Shown here: piece by piece, positions 17,200 through 28,100 of the stretch
Layout of the letters: each line of letters begins with the position of its first letter
Position numbering within the stretch: the stretch's first letter is position 1
Assembly (NCBI GenBank): GCA_913062675.1
Contig: CAJXWR010000001.1
Location: forward strand, 34,492-98,491
Source: an uncultured Trueperaceae bacterium
GTDB lineage: Bacteria > Deinococcota > Deinococci > Deinococcales > Trueperaceae
Reading direction: 5' to 3'
DNA: 64,000 bases
Program-made: the position numbers and the translations under genes
Notes under the pieces: generated by a model
What the model was told of the DNA's origin: nothing
Seen by the model: only the letters and a program-made list of their open reading frames with translations
The model's database searches: none

Positions 17200-17955
17200 T
17201 TACGGCGCGGTGAAGCCTCGCGCGGCGAGGAGCGCCTGTCCCTCGTCCGAGAGGACGAAGTCGACGAAGGCGCGAGCGAGATCGGCTTGGCGCGTCGCAT
17301 TGAGCACGGCGATGGGGTAACGGGCGGTCACGTTGTAGGCATCGTCGATGGCGAGGGTGGTGACCGCCCCGGGGTCGAGGATGGCCGCGTCGGTGGCGTA
17401 GACGATGGCGGCGTCCGCCTCGCCGAGGGTGACCTTGGCGGCGACTTGGCGCACGTTGGGTTCCTCGGAGACGACGTTGGCGAGAACGGCGTTGGCGTAC
17501 CCGTCGCCGTACAGATCGTCGAGGCGGTGGAGAACGTCGCGCGCGTAAGCGCCGACGGGGACCTCGGGTCCGGCGAGGACGACGAGGGCGCCCTGCATGG
17601 CGAGATCGGCGACGCTCGTGACGGGGGAGCCGTTGGGGGTGATGACGACGAGCCGGTTGCTGGCGAAGGGAACGGCTGCACCGTCGAGGCGTTCGTCGTT
17701 GGCCACGAGGTTCATTTGGGTTTCGTTGGCGCTGGCGAAGACGTCGAACGGGGCGCCCTGGCGGATTTGCGTGGCGAGGGTGGAGGACCCGGCGAGGTTG
17801 AGGTCGATGCGGACCCCGTCATGGCGGGCTTCGAAGGCGATGGCGACGTCCTGCATGACCTCGGTGAGGCTGGAAGCGGCAGCGATGGTGAGGCGTTGCG
17901 CGTGAACGCTGCCGAGGAGGAGCAAGCAAGCGAGGAGGAGGGGCAGGGGTTTCAT
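17200..17955 (-). CDS. modA: molybdate ABC transporter substrate-binding protein
   Basis: 251 aa. Signal peptide plus ModA pattern (LTIAAASSLTEVMQDVAIAFE ... FDVFASAN ... YPIAV). Confidence 0.9.
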   Translation of the reverse strand: MKPLPLLLACLLLLGSVHAQRLTIAAASSLTEVMQDVAIAFEARHDGVRIDLNLAGSSTLATQIRQGAPFDVFASANETQMNLVANDERLDGAAVPFASNRLVVITPNGSPVTSVADLAMQGALVVLAGPEVPVGAYARDVLHRLDDLYGDGYANAVLANVVSEEPNVRQVAAKVTLGEADAAIVYATDAAILDPGAVTTLAIDDAYNVTARYPIAVLNATRQADLARAFVDFVLSDEGQALLAARGFTAP

Positions 17956-17982
17956 GGGTTCCTTTCGGTCGCGCGATAGATT

Positions 17983-17999
17983 TAGTCACAGTGTGACTA
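17983..17999. promoter_or_regulatory. 17-bp perfect palindrome, candidate operator upstream of modA
   Basis: TAGTCACA-g-TGTGACTA, 28-44 nt upstream of the modA ATG, in the 93-nt gap after the PadR gene. Confidence 0.45.
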
Positions 18000-18048
18000 C
18001 ATGGGAGTGTATCGGCCCGATGGTCGACACGCAACCACGCTGCCGCTC

Positions 18049-18561
18049 TCACCTCCACGCAGCCAGCCACGCCAGCAACGCCCGCGCACTCTCGAGGCGC
18101 CACGCCAAGACGAGCCGCTCACTCCCCACGGCATTCGGTAAACGCGATTCACAGGAGGCCACCATCCCCTCCGCCCGTTGCCGCTGCGCCTCCACGAGGG
18201 GCGCGACGTCGAGACCCCGCCGTTCGAGCAACGCCACCTTCAACAGCAACGCGTGCCGCACGTCGCGCAACCGCTCCACCGGCGTGACGAGCCACGCCGC
18301 GACCGCCGCTTCCCCCCGCGGTGTGAGCGCGTACACCACGCGCGCGGGTCCCCCCTGCCCCACCTCCTTGCGCAACGGTTCGGTCCATCCGGCGCGCTCG
18401 AGGTGATCGAGCGCTCGGTACACCTGCTGCCGTTGAATCGTCCAGACGAGACCAAGCTCGCCCTCCCTCGCAAAGGCCTGCGCGATGGCGAACCCGTGAG
18501 CCGGGCCTTCGGCTAAGACACCCGCCACGCCATGATCACTGAGCGACAACACGCCCGACAC
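18049..18561 (-). CDS. PadR-family transcriptional regulator
   Basis: Winged-helix PadR core (HGFAIAQAFAREGELGLVWTIQRQQVYRALDHLERAGW ... YALTPRG) plus a C-terminal helical domain. Start set to GTG 18561, directly after the trkA stop (18563-18565). Confidence 0.8.
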   Translation of the reverse strand: MSGVLSLSDHGVAGVLAEGPAHGFAIAQAFAREGELGLVWTIQRQQVYRALDHLERAGWTEPLRKEVGQGGPARVVYALTPRGEAAVAAWLVTPVERLRDVRHALLLKVALLERRGLDVAPLVEAQRQRAEGMVASCESRLPNAVGSERLVLAWRLESARALLAWLAAWR

Positions 18562-18562
18562 G

Positions 18563-19231
18563 CTACCCCCCGACCTCGCGCTCGAACGCCTCGGTCGCCT
18601 CGCGCCGGCCAATCACCACCACGCGGTCGCCCGCCTGCAGCGAGAACGCTGCTCCTGGACTGACGTGCAGATCCTCCCCCCGCGTCACGGCGAGCACCTG
18701 CACACCGAACCGCTTCGGCAAGGCAAGCGCCTCGAGCGTGCCGAGCAGCGCCGGCTGGTCATGCACGTCCACCTCCACCACCTCGTGCTCCCGACCGAGC
18801 GCGAAGGCGTCGACGATGCTCGGCGAGGCGATCTGCTCGGCGAGACGCACCCCCATGTCGTGCTCGGGCCGCACCACCTCGTCCGCACCCACGCGCGTCA
18901 ACACGCGTGCCGCCGTCGCGGTATTCGCCTTGGCGATGATGCGCGACGCCCCCGCCGTCTTCGCGGCGACGGTGGCCAGCACGCTCGCCTCGAAATTGCC
19001 GCCCATCGCCACGATCACCACGTCGAAGGCATCCACCCCCAACTCCCGCAGCGCCTCCTCGTCACTCCCATCCGCCACCGCCGCGTGCGTCACGATCTCC
19101 ATCAGGGGACGCAGGGGCGCCTCGTCCCGGTCGATGATGACCACCTCGTGGCCCGACTCGGCGAGCGTCGCCGCCACGCCGGATCCGAACCGACCGACAC
19201 CCATCACGAGCACATGCTTCTTCACCTTCAC
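18563..19231 (-). CDS. trkA: TrkA/KtrA-type potassium uptake protein, NAD-binding (RCK) subunit
   Basis: 222 aa. Rossmann motif VLVMGVGRFGSGVA and a C-terminal TrkA_C domain. AGGAGGTG SD before the GTG start. Confidence 0.9.
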   Translation of the reverse strand: MKVKKHVLVMGVGRFGSGVAATLAESGHEVVIIDRDEAPLRPLMEIVTHAAVADGSDEEALRELGVDAFDVVIVAMGGNFEASVLATVAAKTAGASRIIAKANTATAARVLTRVGADEVVRPEHDMGVRLAEQIASPSIVDAFALGREHEVVEVDVHDQPALLGTLEALALPKRFGVQVLAVTRGEDLHVSPGAAFSLQAGDRVVVIGRREATEAFEREVGG

Positions 19232-19251
19232 GGCGTCACCTCCTGCACGTC

Positions 19252-20634
19252 CTACCCCATCATGACGTCCTCGACCGGTCGACGGACACGTGGAACGCGC
19301 GACGTCTCCACCAGCGCGAGGGCGGCGGTCAGGGGTCCAAGTCGACCCACGAACATCAACAGCATCAACACGATCTTCCCTGCACCCCCGAGTTCGGTGG
19401 TGACCCCCATGCTGAGACCTACCGTTCCGAACGCCGAGACCACCTCGAACGCCAGGGCGAGGGGTGGCAGGTCAGGCTCGACGGCGAACAGCGCGGTCAT
19501 TCCGATGCCCACGACCGTTGCACCCAGGAAGGCGATGACGCCAGCCCGGACGAGCAACGCGCGACCCAGGCGACGGCCCGCCACCTCGAGCTCACCGCGC
19601 CCCCGCGCCAGCGACCAGGCGCTCCCAGCCAGGACGAAGAACGTGACCGTCTTGATGCCACCCGCCGTCGAGCCGGGATTCCCACCAATGAACATGAGGA
19701 GCAACGTGACGGCAAGCGTGGCCGGTCGCATGGCACCCACGTCGAGCACGCTGAACCCCGCGGTCCGCGGCGTCGCCCCCTGGAACCAGGCGGCGAGCCA
19801 GCGCTGTCCCGGAGGCAGGCCCTGCAGCGTCGCCGGGTTCGTGGCCTCCCCCACCCCGACGACCAGCGTCCCGACGGCAAGCAGGAAGGCGGTGCTCGCG
19901 AGGGCGATGCGCGCATGCAGGCTGAAGCGCCGACGCAGGCCGCGTACCCGCTCCCCCAGCTCGATGAGCACCGTGTAGCCCAAACCGCCAATGACGAAAC
20001 CGATGAGGATGGCAGCGAGTCGCACCCCGTGACCGAGCCACCCGGCGAGGCTGTCCTGGAGGGGCGAGAAGCCGGCATTGTGGAACGCGCTCCCCGCATG
20101 GAAGACCGCAAGCCACGCCGCCTCGCTCGATCCCACCTCACTCGCCAGGCTGGGCCACAAGGCCAGGGCCACGAGCGCTTCGAAGCCGAGAGCAAGGATG
20201 GCGATGGAGCGCACGAGGCGGACGACGTCACCCGCGTGCAGCGCTTGCCCTTCGGCTTGCACGCGGAGCCGTTGACCGAAACCGACGCGGCCCCCCACGA
20301 TCCAGGCGGCGATCACCCCGAGCGTGATGATGCCCAGGCCACCGGCGTGAATGAGGAGGAGCACGACGACCTGCCCGAAGCGACTGAAACCCGTCCCAAG
20401 ATCGACGGTGGTGAGACCGGTGACGGTCACGGCGCTCGTCGCGGTGAACACCGCGTCGCTCCACACCACCCGCGCGCCGGGCGCGTGGGCCACGGGGAGC
20501 GAGAGCAGCAGGCTGCCCACAATGATCGTCGTCAGGAACGTGACAGCCACCCACTGCGCGGGCCGTAGAGCGGGCGCGCGTGCGCCGGCAGGGTGCGCGC
20601 GGCGGATTCGACGAGCGGGACGGCGTCGCGGCAT
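19252..20634 (-). CDS. trkH: TrkH/KtrB-family potassium transporter membrane subunit
   Basis: 460 aa, polytopic, with repeated selectivity-filter-like motifs (TVTGLTT, NAGFS, RTAGFS, GTVGLS). Confidence 0.9.
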   Translation of the reverse strand: MPRRRPARRIRRAHPAGARAPALRPAQWVAVTFLTTIIVGSLLLSLPVAHAPGARVVWSDAVFTATSAVTVTGLTTVDLGTGFSRFGQVVVLLLIHAGGLGIITLGVIAAWIVGGRVGFGQRLRVQAEGQALHAGDVVRLVRSIAILALGFEALVALALWPSLASEVGSSEAAWLAVFHAGSAFHNAGFSPLQDSLAGWLGHGVRLAAILIGFVIGGLGYTVLIELGERVRGLRRRFSLHARIALASTAFLLAVGTLVVGVGEATNPATLQGLPPGQRWLAAWFQGATPRTAGFSVLDVGAMRPATLAVTLLLMFIGGNPGSTAGGIKTVTFFVLAGSAWSLARGRGELEVAGRRLGRALLVRAGVIAFLGATVVGIGMTALFAVEPDLPPLALAFEVVSAFGTVGLSMGVTTELGGAGKIVLMLLMFVGRLGPLTAALALVETSRVPRVRRPVEDVMMG

Positions 20635-20640
20635 CGATCG

Positions 20641-20646
20641 AGTCTA
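20641..20646 (-). promoter_or_regulatory. -10-like hexamer directly upstream of trkH (leaderless-type)
   Basis: Minus strand: TAGACT, 6 nt, ATG 20634. No SD. Confidence 0.4.
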
Positions 20647-20727
20647 CGCCCCCACGGGAGCGCCGCGACGTGCCCCTGGGGGTCGCGAACGTTGACAGGG
20701 CGCGCGTGTAGGGGGGACGATTCGAAC

Positions 20728-21795
20728 GTGGACCGTGACCTGACCTTCGACCCGACCGAACACCCGCACCGCCGTCACGACCCGTTGAGTGGCGGGACGG
20801 TGCTCGTCAGCCCGCACCGAACGAAACGCCCGTGGCAGGGCCGGCAGGAAACACCAGCCACGACCGAACGCCCGGCGTACGACCCGACCTGCTACCTGTG
20901 TCCCGGCAATGACCGGGCAGGTGGCGAGACCAACCCGGCGTACGAGGGAACGTACGTCTTCACGAACGACTTCGCCGCCCTGCTGCCCGACGCGCCTGCA
21001 CCCACCGAGGAGGACCACCCACTCCTGCAGCGCAGTGGCGTGCAGGGCACCTGCCAGGTCATCTGCTTCTCGCCGCGCCACGACTTGACGCTCGCCGAGT
21101 TCGACCAGGCGGGGTTGGAGCAGGTGGTGGCGCTGTGGGCCGAGCGGGCCGAGGTGCTTGGGCGCACGTGGCGTTGGGTGCAAATGTTCGAGAACAAGGG
21201 GCAGGCGATGGGGGCCAGCAACCCGCACCCCCATGGGCAGATCTGGGCTCTCGACACGCTTCCCGCCCTGCCCGCCGCGGAGGATCACCACCAGCGCGCC
21301 TGGCTCGACCATCACGGTGAACCGCTGCTCGTGCAGTACGCCGCACTCGAGCGGGAACGGCGCGAAAGGGTGGTGGCGGAGACCGAGCATTGGGTGGCCG
21401 TCGTGCCGTGGTGGGCGGTGTGGCCGTTCGAGCTGCTGCTGATGCCGACCCGGCACGTGAAGCGCTTCCCGGAGCTCACCGCCGCCGAGCGGGTCGATCT
21501 GGCCCGTCTGCTGGGCCGCGTCTTGCCCACGCTCGACGCGTTGTTCGACACGCCCTTCCCGTACTCGATGGGTTGGCATGGCGCTCCGACGGGCGTGGGG
21601 TTCGAGGTGGAGGACGAGCATGGCGTGCACGATCATTGGCAATTGCATGCGCACGTGTATCCACCCCTGCTGCGCAGTGCGACGGTGCGGAAGTTCATGG
21701 TGGGCTTCGAGATGCTCGGGGAACCGCAACGGGATTTGACGCCGGAGCAGGCGGCCGCCCGCCTTCGCGACGTGGCGCCGGGAGGAAACCGGTGA
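20728..21795 (+). CDS. galT: galactose-1-phosphate uridylyltransferase
   Basis: GTG 20728 lies after AGGGGGG. Motifs [27 protein letters not shown] (HPH active site) and PYSMGWH. Confidence 0.93.
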   Translation: MDRDLTFDPTEHPHRRHDPLSGGTVLVSPHRTKRPWQGRQETPATTERPAYDPTCYLCPGNDRAGGETNPAYEGTYVFTNDFAALLPDAPAPTEEDHPLLQRSGVQGTCQVICFSPRHDLTLAEFDQAGLEQVVALWAERAEVLGRTWRWVQMFENKGQAMGASNPHPHGQIWALDTLPALPAAEDHHQRAWLDHHGEPLLVQYAALERERRERVVAETEHWVAVVPWWAVWPFELLLMPTRHVKRFPELTAAERVDLARLLGRVLPTLDALFDTPFPYSMGWHGAPTGVGFEVEDEHGVHDHWQLHAHVYPPLLRSATVRKFMVGFEMLGEPQRDLTPEQAAARLRDVAPGGNR

Positions 21796-22937
21796 GCGTG
21801 CAGGACGTCCGGCGAGCCTTCGAAGAGCGGTTCGGCGCAGCGCCGGCCGTGACCGTGCGCGCGCCAGGTCGCGTGAACCTGATTGGCGAGCACACCGACA
21901 CGAGCGACGGCTTCGTGCTGCCCATGGCCATCGACCGGGAGGTGCAGCTCGCGCTGACACCGCGAAGCGACTCGACCGTTCGCGTCGTTGCCCTCGACCT
22001 CCATCGGGATCACGAGGCATCGTTCGATGCGCGCACGCCAAGCGTGAAGGAAGGCTGGGCGAGCTACGCACACGGGGTGGCGTGGGCGCTCGGTGAGGCG
22101 GGACACACGTTGCGCGGGTTCGACGCGGTGTTCAGTGGCGACGTGCCGCGCGGGGCGGGCCTGTCCTCCTCGGCGGCGCTCGAACTGGCCTTCGCTCGCG
22201 CGTTCTCCGTGGCGAGCGACTTACCGTGGGACGCCAAGGCCATGGCGGTCGCGTGCAGGAGGGCGGAGAACGGCTGGGTGGGTGTCGCGTCGGGCATCAT
22301 GGATCAGTTGGTGAGCGCCTGCGGGGAGGAGGACTCGGCGGTGTTGATCGACTGCCGAAGCCTCGACACCTGCGCGGTCCCCCTCCCTGCAGGAACGCAG
22401 GTGGTGATTCTCGACACGGGCACGCGTCGCGGGCTCGTGGGGTCGGCGTACAACGAGCGGCGTGCGCAGGTGGATGCGGCGGCCGCCGCGTTCGGCGTGC
22501 CGATGTTGCGCGACGTGGACATGGCGACGTTCGATGCGCGCGCCAGCGAACTCGATGAGGTGGTGCGCCGTCGCGCGCGGCACGTGATCAGCGAGAACGC
22601 GAGGGTGCTGCACGCGGTGCAGGCCATGGAGGCGGGGGATGCGGTCGCGCTTGGCGCGTTGATGAACGCGAGTCACGCGAGCCTCAAGGAGGACTTCGAG
22701 GTGACCGGCCCCGCACTCGACGCGATGACGGAGATTGCGCAGGCGCACCCCGCCTGTTTCGGTGCGCGCATGACGGGCGCCGGCTTCGCAGGCTGCTGCG
22801 TCGCCTTGGTGGACGAGGCACGCGTGGCGTGGTTCATGGACGCCGTTGGACCCGCGTTCGAAGCGGCAACGGGGGAATCCCCTTCGCTTTACGCGGTGCG
22901 GCCTACGGCAGGGGCGGGCCTCCTGACGACCGGTTGA
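21792..22937 (+). CDS. galK: galactokinase
   Basis: The GTG start overlaps the galT stop (GTGA). Motifs [11 protein letters not shown] and [11 protein letters not shown] (GHMP kinase). Confidence 0.93.
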   Translation: MSVQDVRRAFEERFGAAPAVTVRAPGRVNLIGEHTDTSDGFVLPMAIDREVQLALTPRSDSTVRVVALDLHRDHEASFDARTPSVKEGWASYAHGVAWALGEAGHTLRGFDAVFSGDVPRGAGLSSSAALELAFARAFSVASDLPWDAKAMAVACRRAENGWVGVASGIMDQLVSACGEEDSAVLIDCRSLDTCAVPLPAGTQVVILDTGTRRGLVGSAYNERRAQVDAAAAAFGVPMLRDVDMATFDARASELDEVVRRRARHVISENARVLHAVQAMEAGDAVALGALMNASHASLKEDFEVTGPALDAMTEIAQAHPACFGARMTGAGFAGCCVALVDEARVAWFMDAVGPAFEAATGESPSLYAVRPTAGAGLLTTG

Positions 22938-22940
22938 CCG

Positions 22941-23606
22941 TCAGGACGAACCGGGCTGAAGTCTCCGCTGGCTTCGATCTGGGCCTCGGCGTGGACGTCG
23001 AGCCGCGGGGGCGTGCCGACTCGCGAGGAGGAACGCGACGCCCGCGGTTGCGGCGGGCATGGAGAGCGACGCGATGATCGCCTGCCGCGCGAGTTCGCCG
23101 GCGGGCGTGAGGATGCGGAGAGCGATGGGTGCGCCGGCGACGAAGAGGAGTAGCCAGCCTGCCTCACGCGGCGTCCGGTGGGCGGTGAGGCCGGCGACGA
23201 TGGCGAGAACGTAGATGAGGACGAGTTCGACGGGGCCGATGGAATCCGCCCAGCTCGACGCGCCGAGTGGATCGAACGCCTCCCAGGTGGCGAGGCCGAT
23301 GGGTAGGACGGCGAGCAGGGCGAGCACGGTGAGCGCCGTGCGGGGTGCGCGCACGGCAAGCGCGCCGAGTGCCGCGAGGCTGATGACCCAAGGCGCGAGA
23401 ATGACCGCGCCCATGAGCAAGCCTTGCGCGCTGAACAACTCCCCCACGACGATGAGTGCGAGGAAGGCGGCCGTGGCGTAGAGCAGGCCCCACCCCGTCC
23501 AGATGAGGGGGCGCCGGCGCTTCCGGCGGTGAGCCAGCCAGGCGGCCAGGGCGGTGAGGCTGGGGGGCACGATGGTGAAGAGCAGGGGAAGGATGAACCG
23601 TTCCAT
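22941..23606 (-). CDS. hypothetical integral membrane protein
   Basis: 221 aa, about 6 predicted TM helices, GGAGG SD 7 nt upstream. No recognisable family. Confidence 0.6.
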   Translation of the reverse strand: MERFILPLLFTIVPPSLTALAAWLAHRRKRRRPLIWTGWGLLYATAAFLALIVVGELFSAQGLLMGAVILAPWVISLAALGALAVRAPRTALTVLALLAVLPIGLATWEAFDPLGASSWADSIGPVELVLIYVLAIVAGLTAHRTPREAGWLLLFVAGAPIALRILTPAGELARQAIIASLSMPAATAGVAFLLASRHAPAARRPRRGPDRSQRRLQPGSS

Positions 23607-23788
23607 GGATACGCCTCCGATCCTTGCCTTGCCTCACGGTAGCGCCTGCCGCATCCAACCTTGGGTCAACCATCGCGTTCACGCTGAACCAAGGTCGCCG
23701 CTTGCGGGGTGGTTGCTCGGGTCGTGCGTCTGAGCGAAGACGCCGTGGTCTCGCGTCCGGTGGGGAGACGTGGCGCGTCGGGGCCGGT

Positions 23789-25174
23789 CTAGAGCAGGGT
23801 GCCGCGCAGCACCACGCTGGCCACGCTGAAGTACAGGACGATTCCGGTGACGTCGACCAGGGTGGCCACGAAGGGCGTGGAGGAGGCGGCCGGGTCGGCG
23901 CCCAGCCGCTGGAGCAGCATGGGGAGGATCGTGCCGACGAGCGAACCCCAGAGGACGACGAAGAGAAGGCTCACGGCGATCGTGATGCCGACGAGGAACC
24001 ACGTGTCGCCAAACCCCCCACCGAACGCTTCCCCGAGGGCAACGCGCGCGAAGCCGAGGCTCGCAAGGATGAGGCCAATGATGCCTGCCGCGGCCGCTTC
24101 GCGGCCCACGACGCGCCAAAAGTCGCGGAGGGACGCCTCACCGGTGGTGAGCGCGCGAATGATGAGGGTGGCCGCCTGCGACCCGGAGTTCCCGCCGGAG
24201 CTGATGATGAGGGGAACGAACAGGGCGAGGACGAGCGCTTGGCTGAGCGCATCCTCGAACCCCGCCATGGCGGTCGCGGTGAGCATCTGACCGAAGAAGA
24301 GGAGCACGAGCCAGGGGAGGCGCTTGGCGACCATCGTGCCGACACGAATGGCGAGGTACGGCTCGTCGAACGCTTGCGAACCGCCGAGGAGGTGAATGTC
24401 CTCGGTGGCTTCCTCCTCGGCGACATCGAGCACGTCGTCGACGGTGACGATGCCGACGAGGATGCCGTCACGGTCAGTGACGGGCAGGGCGGTGCGGTCG
24501 TGCTTCCGGAACTCACTGACGGCGTCCTCCTGGTCCCCGTCGACGGAGAGGGCGACGAACTGACGGTCCATGAGTTCAGCGATCAGGTTGCCGGGTTCGG
24601 TGAGGAGGAGTTCGCGCATGCGGAGATCGTCGACGAGACGGCCCTGCTCGGTGACGTACACGACGTTGAGCGTTTCGGAATCGCGGCCGTACACGCGGAG
24701 GTGTTCGAGCGCCTCGTGCACCGTCCAGTGGGGTTTGACCTGCACGTAGTCGGGGGTCATGAGTCGACCGATGGAGTCCTCGGGGTAGCCGAGAAGTCGT
24801 GTGGCCACGTCGCGCTCCTCGGGTGAGAGGAGGTTGATGAGGCGTTTCGTGACGAGGCCGGGAAGTTCGCCGAGGAGTTCGGTGCGGTCGTCGGGACTCA
24901 TGTCGTCAAGGATGCGGGCGACGTCCTCGTCCCCGAGGCTGCGGAGCAGGCTTTCCTGCGCTTCGAACGGGAGGAGTTCAAAGACGGTGGTGGCGCGGTC
25001 CTTGGGCAGCAATCGGAAGGTGACGGCTTCGTTGTCGCTGCCGAGCTCGACGATGAGGTCGGCGACGTCGGGCAGTTCCTGTCCGAGGAGGAGCGTGCGC
25101 AGGTCACCGAATCGGCGGGCGGCGATCAGCTCGGCGCAGTGACCGGCGAGGTGTTCGAGGTGCGATTCATCCAT
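23789..25174 (-). CDS. mgtE: magnesium transporter MgtE
   Basis: 461 aa with MgtE N domain, tandem CBS domains and a C-terminal 5-TM domain (IISSGGNSGSQAATLIIRAL ... PFVATLVDVTGIVLYF). Confidence 0.95.
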   Translation of the reverse strand: MDESHLEHLAGHCAELIAARRFGDLRTLLLGQELPDVADLIVELGSDNEAVTFRLLPKDRATTVFELLPFEAQESLLRSLGDEDVARILDDMSPDDRTELLGELPGLVTKRLINLLSPEERDVATRLLGYPEDSIGRLMTPDYVQVKPHWTVHEALEHLRVYGRDSETLNVVYVTEQGRLVDDLRMRELLLTEPGNLIAELMDRQFVALSVDGDQEDAVSEFRKHDRTALPVTDRDGILVGIVTVDDVLDVAEEEATEDIHLLGGSQAFDEPYLAIRVGTMVAKRLPWLVLLFFGQMLTATAMAGFEDALSQALVLALFVPLIISSGGNSGSQAATLIIRALTTGEASLRDFWRVVGREAAAAGIIGLILASLGFARVALGEAFGGGFGDTWFLVGITIAVSLLFVVLWGSLVGTILPMLLQRLGADPAASSTPFVATLVDVTGIVLYFSVASVVLRGTLL

Positions 25175-25191
25175 GGTGGCTTCCCGGTGGG

Positions 25192-28100
25192 TCAGGCATC
25201 GCGGCGTGCGTGCGCGAGGGTGGCGCGTTCGAGAACGTCGAGGGTGAGGTGCGTCGTGTCGGGGACCTGCACGTCGGCTTGGCTCAGGGTAGCCGATGTA
25301 CCAACGGCGACGGATGGCATGCCCGCACCGCGGATGGCGGCCACGCCCGCCTCGGCGTCCTCGATGCCGACGCAGTCGTCGACGGGGAGGTCGAGCGCGG
25401 CGGCGGCCGTTTCGAAGATTTCGGGGTCGGGTTTACCGAGCGTGAGGGTGCCGGGATCGACGATGGCGTGGAAGCGGTCGGCGATGCCGAGACGCTCGAG
25501 GAGGACGGGTCCGTTCTTGGAGGAGGAGGCGAGGGCGAGACGGACGCCGGCGTCACGGAGGGCATCGAGCAGTTCGGGAATGCCGGGAAGCAGGTCGTCG
25601 GGCGTGACGTTCTCGATGAGGCTTTGGTAGTGCTCGTTCTTCTTGGTGGCGAGGGCTTGTTTTTCGTCCAAGTCGTAGGTGTGGGTTCCGCGCGCGAGGA
25701 TCGCTTCGAGGGACGCCATGCGGGGCACGCCGCGCAGGGCTTCGTTGGCTTCGCGGTCGAAGGGGATGCCGAGTTCGTCGGCGAGCGCTTGCCAAGCCTG
25801 GTAGTGGTACTCGGCACTGTCGGTGATGACGCCGTCGAGGTCGAAGGCGACACCGCGCAGGGTGGGCCGCGTGGGGCGGGTGACGGTGCCTCCCGTGGGG
25901 ACGGTGACGCTCTCGCCCCGGTGGCGGATTGTCAGGTCGGCGCCTTGGAGGAGGCGGTACTGGGTTTGTTCGCGGTCGGCGTCGATTTCGAGGGTTCGTC
26001 GCCGCCACGCGATGCGGAAGCGGAGGCGCGTCCATCCGTTGGGGAGTCGGGGCTCGAAGGTGGGTGCGCCGTCTCGAATGCGGAAGCCGCCGAACGCTTG
26101 CGTGGTGGCAAGCCACGTACCGGCGAGGGCGGCGGCGTGCAGGCCATCGGCGGTATTGCCGTGTAGGTCGTCCAGGTCGATGCGGGCGGCGTGGTGGTAG
26201 TGCTCCATCGCTTCGCTGAGGTTGCCGAGGTCGGCGGCCGTGATGGCGTGCACGAATGGCGAGAGGGAGGAGTCGTGGGTGGTGCGGGGGGCGTAGTAGG
26301 CGTGGTCGCGGCGGAGTTGGCTGCGCGTGACCCCGTCCGGGAGGAGGTGGTGCGCGAGGAGGACGTCGGCCTGTTTCAGGACTTGGTGACGGTAGATGTC
26401 GAGTGGGTGGACGTGGAGGAGGAGGGGGTAGCGATCCTCGGGAACGTCGTCCCAGGGCCATTCGGGCTTGCCGAGGAAGCTGGCGTCCTGCGGGGTGACG
26501 TGGAGATCGGGGTCGGTGGGGAGGTGCATGGCGTCGGCTGCGGTTCGCCAGGCGTCCGTTTCGCTGGTTTGGAGATTGAGGTCACGCTGGAGGTTGGACC
26601 ATCTGGCGGGGTCGTCGCGTTCGAGGCGCTCGGCGAGGTTGGCGGCGTAGCGGAGCGCGAATTGGGCCATGCGGTTGGTGTAGTGGTTGTCGTCGATGAG
26701 GGCGGTGTACTCGTCGGGTCCCGTGACGGTGTGGAGGTGGAATGCACCGTCGCGACCGTGGTGGCCGACACTGAGGTAGAAGCGGGCGACCTCGCTGGCG
26801 ACGGCGGCGCCACCCTTCCAGAGGATGTCGGTGTCGTCGGTGGCCTCGTGGTAGCGGGCGAGGGCGTGCACGACGTCGGCGTCGATGTGGATTTGGGCGG
26901 TGCCGGCGGGGAAGTAGGCGGAGGCTTCGCGGCCGTCGATGGTGCGCCAGGGGTAGAGCGCGCCGGCGTGCCCGAGTTCGCGGGCGCGGGCGCGGGCGGC
27001 GTCGAGCATGTCGATGCGGTGGTCGAGCAGGGCGCGGGCGAGGTGGGGTGCGGTGTGGATCAGGGTGGGGACGAGGTAGATCTCGCTGTCCCAGAAGGTG
27101 TGGCCTTCGTACCCCTCGCCGCTGAGCGCCTTGGCGGGGAGGTTCGCCTTCGCGTCACGACTGGCGGCTTGTTGCAGGTGGAAGAGGGCGAAGCGGACGC
27201 TTTGCGTGGCGGCGGGGTCTCCTTCGATTTCGACGTCCGCTTGGTTCCAGAAGGCGTCGAGGTGGGCGCGTTGGCTGGTGAGGAGGTGATCGATGCCGCC
27301 GTCGCGGTCGTAGGCATCGAGTTCGGAGGTCGCCCTGTCGACGAGGGTGTCTTGAGCGTGATCGCGCGTGTCGAGGTACACGCCGTGCACGTCGATGGGG
27401 TGGGCGTCACCCTTGGCGAGGTTGGCGTGGAGCGTCGCAGTGGCGCGCATGCCCTTCGCCTCAGCGTCGACGGGCAGCTGAATCGTCGCGCCTGCGACGG
27501 GGGTACGCAGGTCCGTGCCGACGGTGACGCCGATGCCGCTTCCTTGGATGCGGTGGTGGAGGATGCGGCGCCCGTCGTCGTGCTGCTCGGACGCAATGGG
27601 TTCAAGCGGGGGCATGGCGTTGCTGCCGACGCGGGGGTCGCCCTCGCTGCGGCGATGGGTGACGTTCGCATCGACGGTGTGGTGGAGGGTGAGGGCGACG
27701 TCACGGTCGAGGGGTTCGAGGGTGACGCGGATTCCGAGGCGGTTGGGGTGGGTGAGGGAGACGACGCGGGTGAAGGTGACGTGGGTGCGTGCGCCGTCGC
27801 TCGCCGTCCAGGTGAAGCGGCGGGTGAGCGTGCCGGCGCGGAGGTCGAGCGTGCGTTCGTGCCGTTGCACGCGCGCGTCATCGGGGGTGGCGTGCTCACC
27901 GTCGAGGTGAAGGTGAAGGGGGGTGAGGTGGGGGAGGTTGCGGATCGTTTGTGCCGTGCGGGCGAATCCGTAGGCGTCCTCGGGGTACTGGATGGGATGC
28001 GTGTCGTGAACGCCGTTGATGTACGTGCCGGGATGGCTGGGGTTCTTGGCGTCGTGGTGTTCGGGGGTTCCGCGGACGCCGAGGTAGCCGTTGGCGAGGG

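Noticed and set aside
16167-17300. 377-aa minus-strand Arg/Pro-rich ORF, with many similar Arg/Pro/Ala-rich ORFs across the window
   Set aside because: These are out-of-frame overlaps with modB/modA and other real genes. The composition is characteristic of wrong-frame translation of GC-rich coding DNA.
17956-18048. Moco riboswitch upstream of modA
   Set aside because: The gap is only 93 nt and is dominated by a DNA-type palindrome. That is too short for the ~130-nt Moco motif.
25175-25191. M-box (Mg) riboswitch upstream of mgtE
   Set aside because: Only 17 nt separate mgtE from the preceding gene, so there is no room for an M-box.
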